Positions 47,304-58,630 of a DNA stretch of 64,000 nt are shown here, piece after piece. The notes under the pieces were generated by a model that worked only from the letters and a program-made list of their open reading frames with translations, was not told the origin of the DNA and made no database searches. The translations under genes were made by a program, and so were the position numbers. The DNA lies in assembly GCF_036321535.1 (NCBI RefSeq), contig NC_087437.1, positions 63,118,001-63,182,000 of the forward strand, written 5' to 3'. Within the stretch, counting starts at the first letter, position 1; the number at the start of each line of letters is the position of its first letter. Source of the DNA: Camelus dromedarius. Taxonomy: Eukaryota.

Positions 47304-49124
47304 AAAAGTGTTCATGGCAGCTTTATTCAAAATAGCCCCAAACTGGAAACAACTCATATTCCTTATGTAGTAAAACATGTAAGCAAATCGTGGTATGTGG
47401 TGAATATTACATCGAAATGAAAGTGACAGACAGTTGCTACACATAATGTGGATTAATCTCTGACATATCATGTTGAACAAAAGATGACAGATACAAAATA
47501 GTACATACTTTAAGATTCCAGTTACATAAAGTTTGAGGTCAACTAAGCTATGGTATTGTAAGTCACCCTAGAGATTGCCCTTGAGAGGAGAGACTAGTGA
47601 ATGGAAGAGGACACCTGGGGCCAGCGTTCTGGGTACTGGTGATGTTCTGGTTCTTGACCTGTATGCTGATTTCTCAGGTGTGCTCACTGGGTAAAAATTT
47701 ATTGGGCTGTACGCTTATGATTTGTGCACTTACTATATGTATATTTTGGTTAAAGAAAGTTTACAGTGAGAAAATATAAACACAAAATAAATTTAAGGCA
47801 TAAAGTCTATGTGGGAGGAAAATAAATCTGTCTTGCAAATAAATCCAAACTTATTAAATGACAGCAACATTGACAACTTCTAATTGTTCAGATTATTCTG
47901 TTCTCAAATGAAAATTTTATTTTTTATTCATTTAAGATCTAGGTCCCACTTTCAAAAAGAACTGAAAACAACAGTCTTATTTATTGAAAAAACATACACT
48001 AGAGGCTTTTTAGTCTTCATTGGAAGCTTTCAGGACATCAAAATTGTTAAATTTTGCTTGGTTTACTTTTACTTTTTTCCCCATGTTAATATATGGGTTT
48101 TTAAAAATACAATGTTTCTTGGCTAACATCCTCTAATGAAAATTAACAACCCTAGTATTTACATAGCCAGCAAGCAAATTAAGCTGAGCAGAACACAATC
48201 TGCCCAATCAGAATCTTTGGAAGGTGTCAGCCAGAGACTGCCGCTCACATCTAACAGCTCATGCTCATCAGAAAGGGAAGATTGGGAGCAATTATCTCAA
48301 TAATCCAAGCCAAGAAACACAGTCATGCTATTCAGGAGAAAGAGGGGGGCACAGAGACCAAGCTGCTCTAGTGAAACAGCCTGGCTGGCCAGAAAGAGCT
48401 CATGTTTTCCTGTGCGCTGACTTCCGCCCCTTCTGGAGGAAAGATTTTCCAGGGAATGCGATCATTCTCTTACATCCGCTGGGCTTACATTTGTACAAGA
48501 CCTATGGTTTACATTTTCCCAGATACTACTATCACCTGAGTCTTAGTCTCACCCTTAAAAAAAAAAAAAGGGTTATTACTACCCCGTTTTTGCTAGTGAA
48601 AGAATTGAGGCTCTGCCAGCTAAGGGACTCCTTAGAGCCACAAGACCAGCAAGTCACACAGGCACATTCAGCAACAGTGCTTGTCTCCTGTACCATGAGG
48701 TCTCCTGGCTGTTCTCTAGGCCTGCTTATAAGAATGAGAACATAATCCCAAGACTTGAAAAAAAAATTAGATGAAGATTTAGACACTGGGCAGCAGGCAA
48801 GCTGGAAACTGTGCCCCAGCCCAAGAACAGTGTTCACACCTTCAGGATCATGCATCCCGGAGGCATTGGGAGGAACAGGGAGGGGACATGGGTAGGAGCC
48901 AGGACTGTGGCAATTAGCTGTTAAGTGTAGCAATGGCCTGAATGCCTCTGTCCAACTCCATTGCAGAAGGGTCATCAGCAATGATGGAAATGTGCTGTCC
49001 AGGCAGGCTTTCCTGCAGATGGAACAGACACTTATGGCTCTGAAATATATACCACATAGTTATGCAGTCTACTCATAAACATGGTCAGGGTGGATTCTGC
49101 TAGAGATGATATGACCCTGACACT

Positions 49125-49315
49125 AAACAGCATAAAGAGCACTGGCTTTGGAGTCCAACAGACCCAGCTTTGAATCCCAAATCTACTTTGCACTAAATGT
49201 GGGTCCCAGAACAAGTTACTTTGCTCTGAGCTTCAGTTTCCTTAGCCGTAAAACAGCAACAGTGCCTACTCGTCAGAATCATTGTGAAAAACTGATGAGA
49301 TAATATGTAAAGTTC
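49125..49315 (+). mobile_element. MIR SINE
   Basis: taaagagcactggctttggagtccaacagacccagctttgaatccc...ctctgagcttcagtttccttagccgtaaaa. Confidence 0.85.
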
Positions 49316-50242
49316 CTTTCCCTACTCCCTACTTTAACAAGTAGATAATAATAAGATTAATTTTCTTTTTGTGAGTTTTTAAAAACATGACATGATGATT
49401 GTGTGTCTTCCTTGGATGCTAAAATGAAATAAAAACATAAATCATTTAAATTCATATCTTACAGGATAATCACATATGAATATATAATAACCTTCTCAGA
49501 TGGCCTAATTTAAGAACCTTGACCTTTATTTCCTTTTTCACCTGGAAATAATCTGATTAACTCAGTGCCTGCTTCATTTCCTGGAATAGAAATTGCAATA
49601 ATTTTCTCCTTAATTTCAATAAATGATTAACATGACAAAAACAGCTTGCATAATTTTCTCTAGAACTGGTGTTGTCATATGCTGCTTTAAAAAAAGACAA
49701 GTATCTGCCCAGTTAATTCCAGATGTTGTCTTGGGCAAATTCCACAGGTTACCCAAAGAAGGTGAGGGAGACTTTCCTTTCAAAAAGAAAAAAAAAATTC
49801 AAAATCTACAAGTGTTCTTCCATAAAAATGTTTTGCTGTCACCTCAAATCCCATGAATACCCTCTACCCATAAACTGGTCTGCCTTCCCAACCCAGCTGT
49901 CCTATTTCTGTCTGTGCCTGCATGTTCTTAGAATTTTACAAACAAGGAACGGAAAAGATTTCCATTAAAGCCGCTTGGCCCAATATCAAAAAAATGCAGG
50001 AATCATTTCCACTGCATCCCTGATGATCTGCTACTTGCTAAACTCTTCCAGTGTGGGGGAGTCGACTACCTACTTCCCTGCTGCACTGCTCCCATTCTTG
50101 GTCAAGTTCTTCCATAAATCCAGTTGAGATGTCTCCCCTTATGTTTTTCCCCCATTCACTAATCCTAGCTCTGCCCTAAAGAGCAATGGGAGGCACAGAT
50201 AAATTTACCTCTTCCTCCACATTGGAGGCCCACCAATATGGA

Positions 50243-50288
50243 AGACAGCCATTACATTACAGACAGCCATTACATTACAGACAGCCAT
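50243..50288 (+). repeat. 18-bp tandem repeat, about 2.5 copies
   Basis: agacagccattacattac x2 followed by agacagccat. Confidence 0.9.
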
Positions 50289-50319
50289 CTGTACACAGAT
50301 TTTCTGCTCTGAATTAAAC

Positions 50320-50410
50320 ACTCAATTCAAAAACACTTGTTGAGAGTCAACTACGTGCCTCATACTGCTTTAGGTGCTAAGACAGGAGAGCTAAATAACA
50401 CATGGAATCT
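50320..50410 (-). mobile_element. L2 3' end
   Basis: caattcaaaaacacttgttgagagtcaactacgtgcc...ctttaggtgctaag. Confidence 0.6.
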
Positions 50411-50532
50411 ACACACAAGAAGCTTACACTAGCCCCTAAGAACAATCTGGATGTGACCCGGCTTCTAACCATCCACCTTCTCCCTCCTCCATGTACACTG
50501 TGGCTTGTTGATGCCTCTCTTAAAGCATGATA

Positions 50533-51252
50533 TTTTGGGGCGTTTGCCCCAGGGAGCTGAAAACTTATGTCCACACAAAAACCAGCACATGGATGTTTAT
50601 AGCAGCTTTATTCTTCATTGCCAAAACTTGGAAGCAGCCAAAGTATCTTTCAGTAGGTGAATGGATAAAGAAAATGTGGTACATCCAGACAATGGAATAT
50701 TATATAGTGCTAAAAAGAAATGAGCTATCAAACCAAGAAAAGACAAGCAGGAACTTTAAATGCCTATTACTAAGTGAAAGAAGCCAATCTGAAAAGGCTA
50801 CATATTGTATGATTCCAGCTATAAGACATTATGGAAAAGGCAAAATCATGGAGATAGTAAAAAGATTAGTGGTTGCCAGGGGTTAGGGAGAGGGAGGGAA
50901 GAACAGGCAGAGCACAGGGGATTTTAAGGGTAATGAAACTACTATGTGTGATACATAATGGTATAATGGTATAACTTTTTATACTTTTGTCTAAACCCAT
51001 AGAATGTACACCACTAAGAGTTAATTTGCATTAAGGTTAACAACCTTAATGTAAACTCTGGACTTTGGGTGATTATGATGTGTCAGTGTGGGTTCATCAG
51101 TTATCACAAAGGTACCACTCTGGCGGGGATGCTGATAGTGGAAGAGGGCGGGTATAGGTGGGGGCAGAGTGTAAATGGGAAATCTCTGTACTTTCCTCTC
51201 AATTTTCCTGTGAACCTAAAACTGTTCTAAACAATAAGTCTTTTTTAAAAAT
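50533..51252 (+). mobile_element. L1MC-like LINE 3' end (ORF2 C-terminus plus 3' UTR)
   Basis: ORF 50527-50886 translates to [30 protein letters not shown]...[14 protein letters not shown]; 3' UTR ends gtgaacctaaaactgttctaaac. Confidence 0.9.
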
Positions 51253-51281
51253 TAATAGACAAAAAAATAGATGGATGGGTC

Positions 51282-51447
51282 TGTGAAGTATACCAATGTT
51301 GATTTCCTTCTTTTAATATTGTACTATAGTTGTACAAGACGTTAACAGTGGGGGAGGCTGGGTGAAGGGTGCACAGGACCTCCCTGTATGCTTCTTTGCA
51401 ACTTCCTATGAATCTAAAATTATTTCAAAATTAACAGTTTAAAAATA
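51282..51447 (+). mobile_element. L1MD-like 3' end fragment
   Basis: tattgtactatagttgtacaagacgttaacagtgggggaggctgggtgaagggtgcacaggacctccctgta...gcaacttcctatgaatcta. Confidence 0.8.
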
Positions 51448-51764
51448 AATGGACAGATGAGATGACAAGTGGCAAAAGCTGCTGACAGGACAGTTCAGAG
51501 ACTAATAAAAGGTCCAAACCAGGGTGGATCTATCTACTGAATGAAATAACTTCTGGAAATGAGCACTGAGGAGAAGAGAACTGTCAGATCAGCATCCACA
51601 CCCTGCTCCTCCCTAGGAGGTAGGGCACTTTCCTGGAAGGATAACCTTGAGCTCTGTGATCTAAATCTGTGGGGCCTTCTCCTCATTCCTATCGTGGAAC
51701 AACTGGATGGGCAGAGTCTGTGACCCATGTCACCTGGAGGAACTATGTGGAGTTGGGCTGGGGG

Positions 51765-51992
51765 TTGTGAACCATCAGGCTCCAGAGTCTGACACACCTG
51801 GCTTCAAAATGCAGGTCTGCCACTCACCAGCTGTGGCAGCCTGAGCACATTATTTGCCCTCTTCAAGACTCTGCAAAACAGAGATGGAGACAAGCACTGT
51901 TATCACATTGGGTTGCGAAAGGAGTCAATAAACTAATTCAGACAAAGAGCATATAAAGCTCCAGTATCTACCAAAAACTCAGTAAATGTTCG
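51765..51992 (+). mobile_element. MIR SINE
   Basis: ggctccagagtctgacacacctggcttcaaaat...ctgccactcaccagctgtggcagcctgagca. Confidence 0.75.
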
Positions 51993-52141
51993 TGGTGTTA
52001 GAGTCTCCTGCATGAGGCAAGTCTAGGTCTTCAGGACACACTCTTACTCCCCTTTCAACATCAGACAGAACAATCGGTCCTTCCCCACTTGCTGGCACCT
52101 CTCAGCTTGCCATGACATCTCAGATTTCCAGCCACTCCAAT

Positions 52142-52455
52142 CAGTGCTTCTCAAACTGTCTGCACTGAAGGACTAGCTTGGTTTGTTTGATTTTTTCATT
52201 TTTTTCCCAACATGTCATAGACTGGTACTTTGGTAAAATACAGTAAAAATGAATTACTTGAGAAACGTAATTACAATAACAAAATATAAGGCCCAGTTTA
52301 GTGTTTTCAATTTTTAGATTCAACAGACAAAATTACTCTGGCAAATTGCTATAAAAGTTTCTAAATGCTTCCTTTCAATTTCCATACTTCTTATTACTGA
52401 CTGATGACCAACAGTTGGCAGAGCTGGGCCATGGATTGCACTTTGAGTAGCGCCT
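52142..52455 (-). mobile_element. hAT-Charlie non-autonomous element (Charlie4a/18a-like)
   Basis: Ends cagtgcttctcaaa...ctttgagtagcgc form terminal inverted repeats; internal ttagattcaacagacaaaattactctggcaaattgctataaaagtttctaaa. Confidence 0.75.
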
Positions 52456-52878
52456 CTTTTGTAGCTTTTCCTCCAAGTTTCCAATAACCTTACAGTCATA
52501 AAACATTACTAAGTAATTAAAAATCTCTATTTTTGATATTAATTTTAATTCCCAAGATTGCATGTTCTTTGAGTGCCACATTCACTGTGTGTAGCACAGG
52601 ACAGGTGCCTCCTAGGGGCTCAAATCCTACTGGTAATTCAAATATTAAACAGGCATATTGTGTACTTTTCCTTCATCATGATTTAGATAACTTGATAGTG
52701 CATTTGTGAAGACCTGCCTGACAGGCACATTTTGTACGCTTAGCATCCCTCCCTGTTTGCCTGCCTTCCACCTATTTGTGTGTGTCTTTTTCACCACCTG
52801 TTTCATCTCCACGTAAATGAAATGCACCACATATAGTCACTGTTTCTCTTCCACGGAGGGATAAGACAAGACAAATCA

Positions 52879-52912
52879 CAGAAAATCCCATTCATCAGAA
52901 AATCCCATTCAT
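52879..52912 (+). repeat. 17-bp exact tandem duplication
   Basis: cagaaaatcccattcat x2. Confidence 0.9.
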
Positions 52913-53174
52913 AAGAAAAGCTGGCTGTGGCTCACCAGATAAACACTCAAGGAAATGGAGTGCTTATATTAATACATTTCCAGCAGGTACTGTTGTTCCT
53001 GACTGCATCTCTCTATCGCTGGGTCCATGATGGCTGCTCTGTAAACGTGTGTGTGAACTGGCCGTGGAGGGCTGGCTGTACCTCAGTCACTGCAAGTCCC
53101 ATCTTCATCATGTCACTCAGAAGGCAAAAAGTGGCAATGACTGCTGTTACAGGAAGGAGCCTCAGGCCACTTAG

Positions 53175-53362
53175 ATGCTTTTCTATCCTGGTTGCACAGC
53201 CAGATCACCTGGGGAAATCTCAAAAAAAACATACTCATGCATGCCTCCTAGATCCAGAGATTTTTTTTTTTTAATGTAATTGTTCTGGGGTAAAACCTGA
53301 ACATCAGTATTTTTCAGGCTCATAGATAATTTCAATGTGCATCTAAGATGAAAATATCACTG
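53175..53362. mobile_element. MER5B-like hAT MITE
   Basis: tcctggttgcacagccagatcacctgggga...ccagagatt...catcagtattttt...aatgtgca...atcactg. Confidence 0.7.
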
Positions 53363-54774
53363 ATGTGGCATACCCTCCCATCCACACTTAGTACTCAGCA
53401 GATGTTCCTTAAATGTTTGTTCACTGGATGAACGACTCACTCAGTAGATGAGAATGAGCCTGTGGCAAATGTGAAGATGGCCTTGACTCGTCTCCTCAGA
53501 CCCCTGACCTCCAGTGCACATTTCCTCCAAGGTCCAGCTTTAAACTCCTGCCAGAAACATCCCCCTTCCATCCTCTTGCTGGTGGGAAGAGGGCTTGTTT
53601 CTCCCGTGGAGCCCTGGCCCTAGGAAGGCACTAGCTTAGCTCATCCTCACCTTTTTCAAGCAGGAAACTCCAGGACTTTCTAGAATACGCACCCAGAAGG
53701 CCCCCCCAAATAGCACTGGCCTCAACTCACACAGAATGGGAACATGTTATCTCATCTATTTTCTGTTTATTTAATAGTTGTTTCCTGATTGTTTTTCTGG
53801 TGGTCCCTGGGACCACAATGCCATCTCAGACTACAGACCCCTGAGGACAGAGGCCTGAGAACACTTAGTACCAAGGGACTGGTTTGTGAAAGTCTACTGA
53901 GCAGATGCGGTTGGGCTGCTGAGGGAGGGCAGGAAGGCACGCATGGGCGGTGTGTGCGGTGAACAGGAGGAGGAGGAGGGAGAGGAGATGAGACGCTGGC
54001 GGCCCACTGCGAGCAGGCACAGGGGACAAACAGATTACGCAACATCTGCAACCCTCTCCCAAGGGGCAGGGAAGACCTTCACTGGGCTCCAAGATCTCTG
54101 ATGAGAATGTGTACCTGCAGCTGCCCTGGCTTCTAACCTCTGGCCCCTCCCTTAGCTTCTGCTGCTGCTACTATTTTTAGCTGAACAGCAGCCCTTCCCC
54201 CACCTCCTCTTCAAACCTGTTTCCACGACCCCAGAGGAGCCACTGACTGAACTTTCATTCTCCCTCTGGACCCTGAACCTCCCACCCCTTTTTGACGCTG
54301 ACATGGAGTCAGTTCGGGATGTTACGTGGGGCTGTCTGGAAGGAGATGAACACAGGGTGGCCTCAAAGTCAGTTGTGAAATCCAATTCATTTTTTAAACC
54401 AGGAAGGAAAAAATAAACACATTAGGTCCAGGGACAGCCCTCCCTTTGGCCCCCAAAAGCAGACATTCCTTGGGTCTCCCTTCCCCTGCCCACCTGCATA
54501 TTGTGGTAACCCACCACTGGGCTCAATAAACCATGTGGATTGACTGAAACATCAGCTTCCAGAAAAGAAAGAGAGGAAAACATATTCTCCATCTATACGC
54601 CAGTGAGATATGAGGAGATATGTGCCTTCTCTTGCTACACCAGCTCCTTAGGTGGCTGGAGAGAGGGAGGAGGGCATCCAGCCAAGAGAGGTGAATCACT
54701 GACTATCCCAGAATCCATAAAAAAATTTCTGAGTCCCAGAAGCACCTCTCAACTGTAGGGATTCTGAGAAAATG

Positions 54775-54905
54775 ATTCATTCATTCACTATCCAGTAGAT
54801 ATTTACTTAGCTCCTACTAAGTGCCAAGCACTCCTACTAGGTGCTGGGGAGAGAGGCTAGCAAAACAGTCAGCTTCCGTCCTCATAAAGCTGGCAGCTAT
54901 CTGGG
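54775..54905 (-). mobile_element. L2 3' end
   Basis: attcattcattca...atatttacttagctcctactaagtgccaagcactcctactaggtgctgggga. Confidence 0.8.
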
Positions 54906-55879
54906 GAACAACGCCGGAGTTCAGAGGCATCTGTGGGTTAATGGTGTCTCCTGACACACTACCTTAAATTTAGAGCTGAGGCACTTTTGAGGGAGGGGAG
55001 GAGAAGGAGGAGTTAAGGAAACCAAATGTGTTGCTATGCAACCATGATGATTTATTCTTAGCCAGAGCAGGCAGAGCAGCAGTAGCACACAGGGAGTGGT
55101 TGCGGGGAGGAGACAGGAGCAGCGGAGGGTGGGGACACCAGAGGAGTGGGAGTGGGAGGCCAAGTGGTGCACACACACAAGCTCCAGCCGGGGAGCTGCT
55201 CACAAATGGACACTGCACAGAATCACACTCGCCAGAGGTCATCAGAATATTATGGAGACAGCCCCAGGAACCACGGAGAGGACCTCCTGCCCAGCTGCAA
55301 AAACCCTTGTTCTTGGGCCTGAAATTAACCTTCAGTTATTAAAACCAGGTCTGTACTGAATACCAAAAAGGGACAAAGAACAGCATCAAGGCTGGCATGT
55401 TTCCTGCCGGGGCAGGGGGAACATACAGTCCACCAGGGCAGTGAGATACACATGCACAAAAACAGTCCATCAACAGGTATTTGCTAAACATCTCCTCCAT
55501 GCTCAGGATGCATGGTGCAGGATGCTGTGGGGGCGGAGACAGCCCCAGGGCTGAGGGAGGGCATGGATCATGCTGGCTATGCAGAGGCCACACCACGCTA
55601 ACAGACACTTGCTGGGTCCCGGGTCTGAGAGCTGCACCTGGTTGGGTCCCCACGGGCTCCAGGCAGCCTGCAGCAAGTCCCTTGAGGTCTTTGAGCCTCA
55701 GTCTCCTGAACTTTAAAATGAGACTTAAACTAAGCAATCCTTCCAGTTCTGACATGCCTGAGTCTTTGCTGTTATAAATACTACAGGGTTTCAGTGGAGG
55801 TAAAGCTGAGTATGAGGTGGAATACTCAGGAAGGGCCGTGTGGAAGAGGAAAGATTTGAAGATGGAGTGAGGGAGACTG

Positions 55880-56050
55880 ATGTTTATTGAGGGCCTGTTA
55901 TATACCTTCACCTAATGATAAAGGGTTTTCAGAATTGAAAAAGCCAAGCCTCCAGGAGGTTGAGTAACTTGCTCAAAGCCACAAAGCTAGTAAGCAGCAG
56001 ATTCAAGATTCACACCCAGATCCGCCTGGCTCCACAGCCTGTGCACTTGC
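55880..56050 (-). mobile_element. MIR SINE
   Basis: aggttgagtaacttgctcaaagccacaaagctagtaagcagcagattcaagattcacacccaga. Confidence 0.8.
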
Positions 56051-56379
56051 CCCTGGCTCACATTGCCTCTCTAAAATGCTAGGACAGGGGTAGGAACGGG
56101 GGGCATGAGGAGGCCTGGGGAGGCAGCACGGGCAGAGACTGACAGCTTGAAAACCCCCAGGATTAACAAGGGGACATTCCTGGGGGCTGTGAGGGAAAGG
56201 AGGCTGTGGTGAGCAGAAGGAATGAGAACCAAGCAGACCCCCAGCAACACTCTGCATTGTAAATGCTACTGAAAAGAAAACGGTACATAACACAGTCCTC
56301 ACCCTGAATTAATGTGCAACCAAGGAAACAAAATGTGAAAACTGACAATTAGTGAAATGCTACAGAAAGTGCCAAAGAA

Positions 56380-57030
56380 GGCATACAAAAGTAAATCACA
56401 GTACAGTTTAAGTGGGGGACCTGCTGCTTCTGATGCTGGTGGCCATAGGAGCTCCGTGGAGGAAGGGGTATGGATGTGAGCCTTAGAGGATTCCAGGGAG
56501 GAGATCGGTGGGAAGGAGAAAGGGGTGAGAACATTCGAGACAGGAAAAAAATCTCATATGTGGGAGAAAAAAGCAGGAGATATGCTCCTGTGCTTAGAAA
56601 AGAGCTGCTGGGAAAGAGCTGGGCTGGGCAAACCTAGAGAGCCTTGGCTGATCCTTAACCAGAAAGAAGGCGGTGAGAAACCTCTGACTAGGCCTGAGCA
56701 GGAAAGACAGGCTAACGAGGAGGTCAGGTGAAGGCAACCAGCAGCACTTAGAGGGCCAGGATGAGATGAGGAGGGTCTGAACGAGGGGGTGGCCCTGGAG
56801 ATGACAAGGAAGGACTAATTCCTGAGTGTTTCAAGATGAACAGAAAAGTCTTGATGAATGGGAAGAGGGAGAAGATGGAACAAAGTTAACCCAAACTTCA
56901 GACCAACAGAATGATGGTGCCATGTTCATAATGAGAGAAGCCCAGAAAAAAATAAAACTGGGGGAGGATGGTGATGAAGTTGATTGGTTCCATTTTAGAC
57001 ATTCTGTCTAAGGTACCTCTAGGATATTCA
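56380..57030 (-). mobile_element. L2 internal fragment, highly diverged
   Basis: Purine-rich antisense L2 motifs: gagccttagaggat...gatgaggagggtctgaac...gatggtgccatgttc...ttccattttagaca. Confidence 0.55.
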
Positions 57031-57424
57031 AATGAAAAAAATCATGAATCACAAACTCAGGAAAAGGAAACCTTAGGTTGGGGGAGGGTAGGTGGGGCCA
57101 CCCACCATGGTGGGGTGGGGGGGTGGGGTGAGGGGAGCCCTCCTCTGCTCCTTAAGCCCCCAGGGAAGACAGGACAACTGCTCTGTGAGTTAGGAACTGT
57201 ATGTCCTGATAAGAGAAATCACAGGAGAATGGAAACAAAGTCCCTGAGCCAACTCAATTATTCCCGTCAATAGAGCAAGTGAGGCTCTCAATCAGAGTCA
57301 ATCCTAGAAGAATGGAATCCATTTCCCTCCCCAAGCAATAATCCCTTCTGTGCTCTAGTGAGGGATCTCCCACCTCTGCCAGGGACAGAGAATCACAGGA
57401 GACCTCATCCAGCATCTTGGTATG

Positions 57425-57593
57425 GAGACAAGGGATAAGATTTTGGAGTCAGAAAAATCTGGGTAAGAATCACAGTTGCACCATCACAGGGAACATGGGA
57501 AAGTTATGCAATCTCTTTGAAGAGTAAAAAGGACAAGCGTCAAGTGCCTGGCACAGGGCAGGGCATATAGATGTTATCAGTTAAATGTTAGTT
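57425..57593 (+). mobile_element. MIR SINE
   Basis: agattttggagtcagaaaaatctgggtaagaatc...gtgcctggcacag...ttaaatgttag. Confidence 0.7.
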
Positions 57594-58499
57594 CCCTCCA
57601 CATCCACCCTAGAGCAGGCCTTTCTGTTACTGCTCAGTTCTCACTGAAACAGCTTTTTCATTAATATCTACTCAGAAGGCCTACTTACACTCTCTGGGAT
57701 AGCACAAAATATAAGTCAGTTTCCCCTTCTACCTGTCAAATGTTGATCATGTTTCCCCTGAAGCTGGATTTGGGGCACCCTGAACTGAGTGCCATCCTTA
57801 TGATAAGATCTGACAGATACAGAGCACAGAGGGGCTATGGACTGCTCTCCTATAAATGCAGCCCAGGGCCTTCAAAATATCACCTCCACCTGACTGTTAG
57901 TAGCATATGAAATTCTACCGTTAGAGATTTATTTCTTTAGCTTAACATGCTTCTTTTAAATAACAAATTCTCCCATGAGGAATTACCCATTGAGCTGTTA
58001 CCTGCCATAAATAACAAAATATGCATTAATTTATCAGCTTCAGGGATGAGGTGTGTGGCAAGGGTTTTGATGCTTTAGAGAAAAGGAGGGGGGCATTTTG
58101 GAGTTGAGATCACTGGTCCTATTTGGGGAGGCTGGGGAGGCCACTGAAGTGAGTTAGAGACCACAGGGCAAAAGGACCTAGAAGAGCAAGTTTCACAGCT
58201 TCACCAGGGATCAGCGCAGATCACTAAATGACAGAGGTCACAGTAGAGATACCCTTGCTAAGTGGAATTACCACGTGAAAGTGTGGGACCTTGAGGGTAC
58301 AATATGAGAACTGGGGTGGAGGAGGAGACAGCTGTAGCTCTCCAAAGCGCATCACAAAGCACCATAGAAAAGCTATCGCCACCTCCTGTGGAGGTAAAAT
58401 CAAAGGGATCAAGGTGCACCAGGAGAGACTGGGGTCAGAGCCAGGAAGCACTTCCAGATGACGTAGAAATTCTCCCTTTTCGCCCAGAAAGGCTTCCTT

Positions 58500-58630
58500 T
58501 GTGCCCCCACCACTCACCTGAAACTGTTCCTTCAAATATGACCCATGATCTCCTAACATCCAAAACCCAGGGTTCTACCTCAGTCCTCAGCAGATTGAAG
58601 GCTAGGCCCACGCCTTCCTTGAAAGCCCCG
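58500..58630 (+). mobile_element. L2 internal fragment
   Basis: ccccaccactcacctgaaactgttcc...acccatgatctcctaacatccaaa...cttccttgaaa. Confidence 0.6.

Larger units (their letters stand above)
45478..47765 (+). mobile_element. Ancient L1 (L1ME-like) ORF2 3' part and 3' UTR, split by a young L1 insertion
   Basis: gaaacagacccacatatata...cacttgatttatgacaaagg ... ccaaatggccaataaacatacgaaaagg ...; resumes after the insert with gttcatggcagctttattcaaaatagccccaaactggaaacaac; many stops and frameshifts. Confidence 0.85.

Noticed and set aside
48224..48745. 173-aa plus-strand ORF
   Set aside because: It runs through a degraded MIR-like region and a poly(A) tract (KKKKR), starts at GTG, and has no recognisable homology.
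50243..50288. CRISPR-like or other prokaryotic repeat array
   Set aside because: These are spacerless tandem duplications in clearly mammalian DNA. No cas genes, operons or prokaryote-like inserts are seen anywhere in the window.
50527..50886. 119-aa ORF as a host gene
   Set aside because: It is the C-terminal remnant of an old L1MC ORF2 running into the 3' UTR.
55339..55911. 190-aa minus-strand ORF
   Set aside because: It overlaps L2/MIR-derived sequence, has no domain-like motif or splice context, and starts at a non-ATG codon. Consistent with a chance ORF.
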